From: Azolla caroliniana
Lineage: Eukaryota > Plantae > Polypodiophyta
Length of the DNA stretch: 64,000 bases
NCBI GenBank assembly: GCA_043228905.1
Contig: JBHGNT010000006.1
Span: 12,152,001 to 12,216,000 of the forward strand
Direction: 5' to 3'
Part shown: piece after piece, positions 62,784 to 64,000 of the stretch
How positions within the stretch are numbered: position 1 is the first letter of the stretch
Layout of the letters: each line of letters opens with the position of its first letter
Notes under the pieces: generated by a model
Told to the model about the DNA's origin: nothing
Database searches by the model: none
What the model saw: only the letters and a program-made list of their open reading frames with translations
Program-made: the position numbers and the translations under genes

Positions 62784-64000
62784 TGTTAGGATCTCGGTCC
62801 CTCTGGATGGGATGATGAATGCTCGGTGAGAATTGGATGATGAACGCCCGGTGAGAACCGGATGATGAGTACCCGGTAAGGAAGACCCGGTGAGAACCGG
62901 ATGACGCAGGCCCGGTGAGAACCTCTCACCGGATGAAGGGACATATATGGAGATATGTTTCTGAGAGCCCATTGGGGCTATATCTATAAATAGTCCTAAT
63001 GTCATATTAGTATAAATATGACCTAGGGCAAACAGTGTTGTAAATCATTGTGTTGTCATTTTTTTTGTATAGAGTTATTGGTGTAACTGTTGTATAAAGC
63101 GTAGCAGAGAAAGAGAGAGAGCGAGAGAGAGAGAGAGATAGAGTGATTCTTTGTTGTAACTGCCGCTAGGCGAAGAGTGTGAGCACGAGGTCGTTGCCTC
63201 TATGCCCCTTGTTGTATTCTTTGAGATAGTGATAGTTTGGAGTCCGTGGGGTCCTGTGGTTTTTCCCATTCAGGGTTTTCCACGTTAACATACTGTGTAC
63301 CCTCTCTCATATTATCTGTGTGTATGTGTATTCACCTCCATTCCCATTCTCGGTGTTCAATTCGAAACGACACGATCTGAGACTCGGTTGTGGCTGAGTA
63401 ACAAGTTTAATGAAGAGAGCAAGGCTCATGAGCTCTGGGAGAAGATCGACATTATGTTTCAGAACAAAAATGTTGTTAATTGGGTTTCGGTATTTCGGAA
63501 GGTAGTGAGGCTCCGGTACCAAGATGGCTCCAGTATGGTGGAGCACAAGAATGCCTTCGAGGGGCTGATTCACCAGGCAACCTCATTGGAAGTAGCTCTC
63601 GCCGATGACGTACTTGCTCTACTCCTACTCAGTTCCATCTAGAATAGGTGGGAGACGTTAGTTGTCACTTTGGGCAACGCCAGGCCGGAAGGGAAACAAC
63701 TATCCCTAGCAAGAGTCAAGTCAAGCTTGCTAGATGAGGAGGCACGTCGGAAAGACAAGGATACAATCTCCGACTCCAAAGTGCTCCTTACCGAATCGGA
63801 ACGCGGAAGACAATGGAACCGGAGTCCCCAGAACTGGGAAAAGTCGGGGACAGGGTCAAAGTCAAGGGGAAGGCCCACTTGCTTCTATTGTGGGAAGTCG
63901 GGGCACTTCCAGAAGAATTGTTGGCACTTCCGAAAGAGAAGGAAACCGACAGTATCGATTCGAAGCGATCACCGGACCGGAACAGTAAAGACCGGAGGGG
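62784..64000 (+). mobile_element. Family B copia, 5' LTR fused by deletion to gag; runs off the window
   Basis: LTR starts TGTTAGGATCTCGGTCCCTCTGGATGGG; at ~63400 it joins directly to NKFNEESKAHELWEK (PBS lost); knuckle CFYCGKSGHFQKNC at ~63880-63922. Confidence 0.88.

Overview
Eukaryotic, very transposon-rich DNA from a land plant. The mix of Ty1/copia elements, L1-like and RTE/RTEX-like LINEs and hAT MITEs looks most like a large fern-type genome, but that is inference. Most of the window is retroelement sequence, including a four-level nest at 39868-62579 in which every level has its own target-site duplication (TSD). The innermost element (50340-55863) is a very young copia with a single in-frame stop. 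Only one intact host gene is supported: a minus-strand spliced gene (about 34969-37354, at least 4 exons, about 361 aa). It encodes a 7-transmembrane protein related to the plant RGS1 7TM region and to class C GPCR-like 7TM domains, but has no RGS box and no large ectodomain, and ends in a long heptad coiled coil. This is the best candidate for an undescribed system. All protein family assignments come from motif recognition by eye, not database searches.
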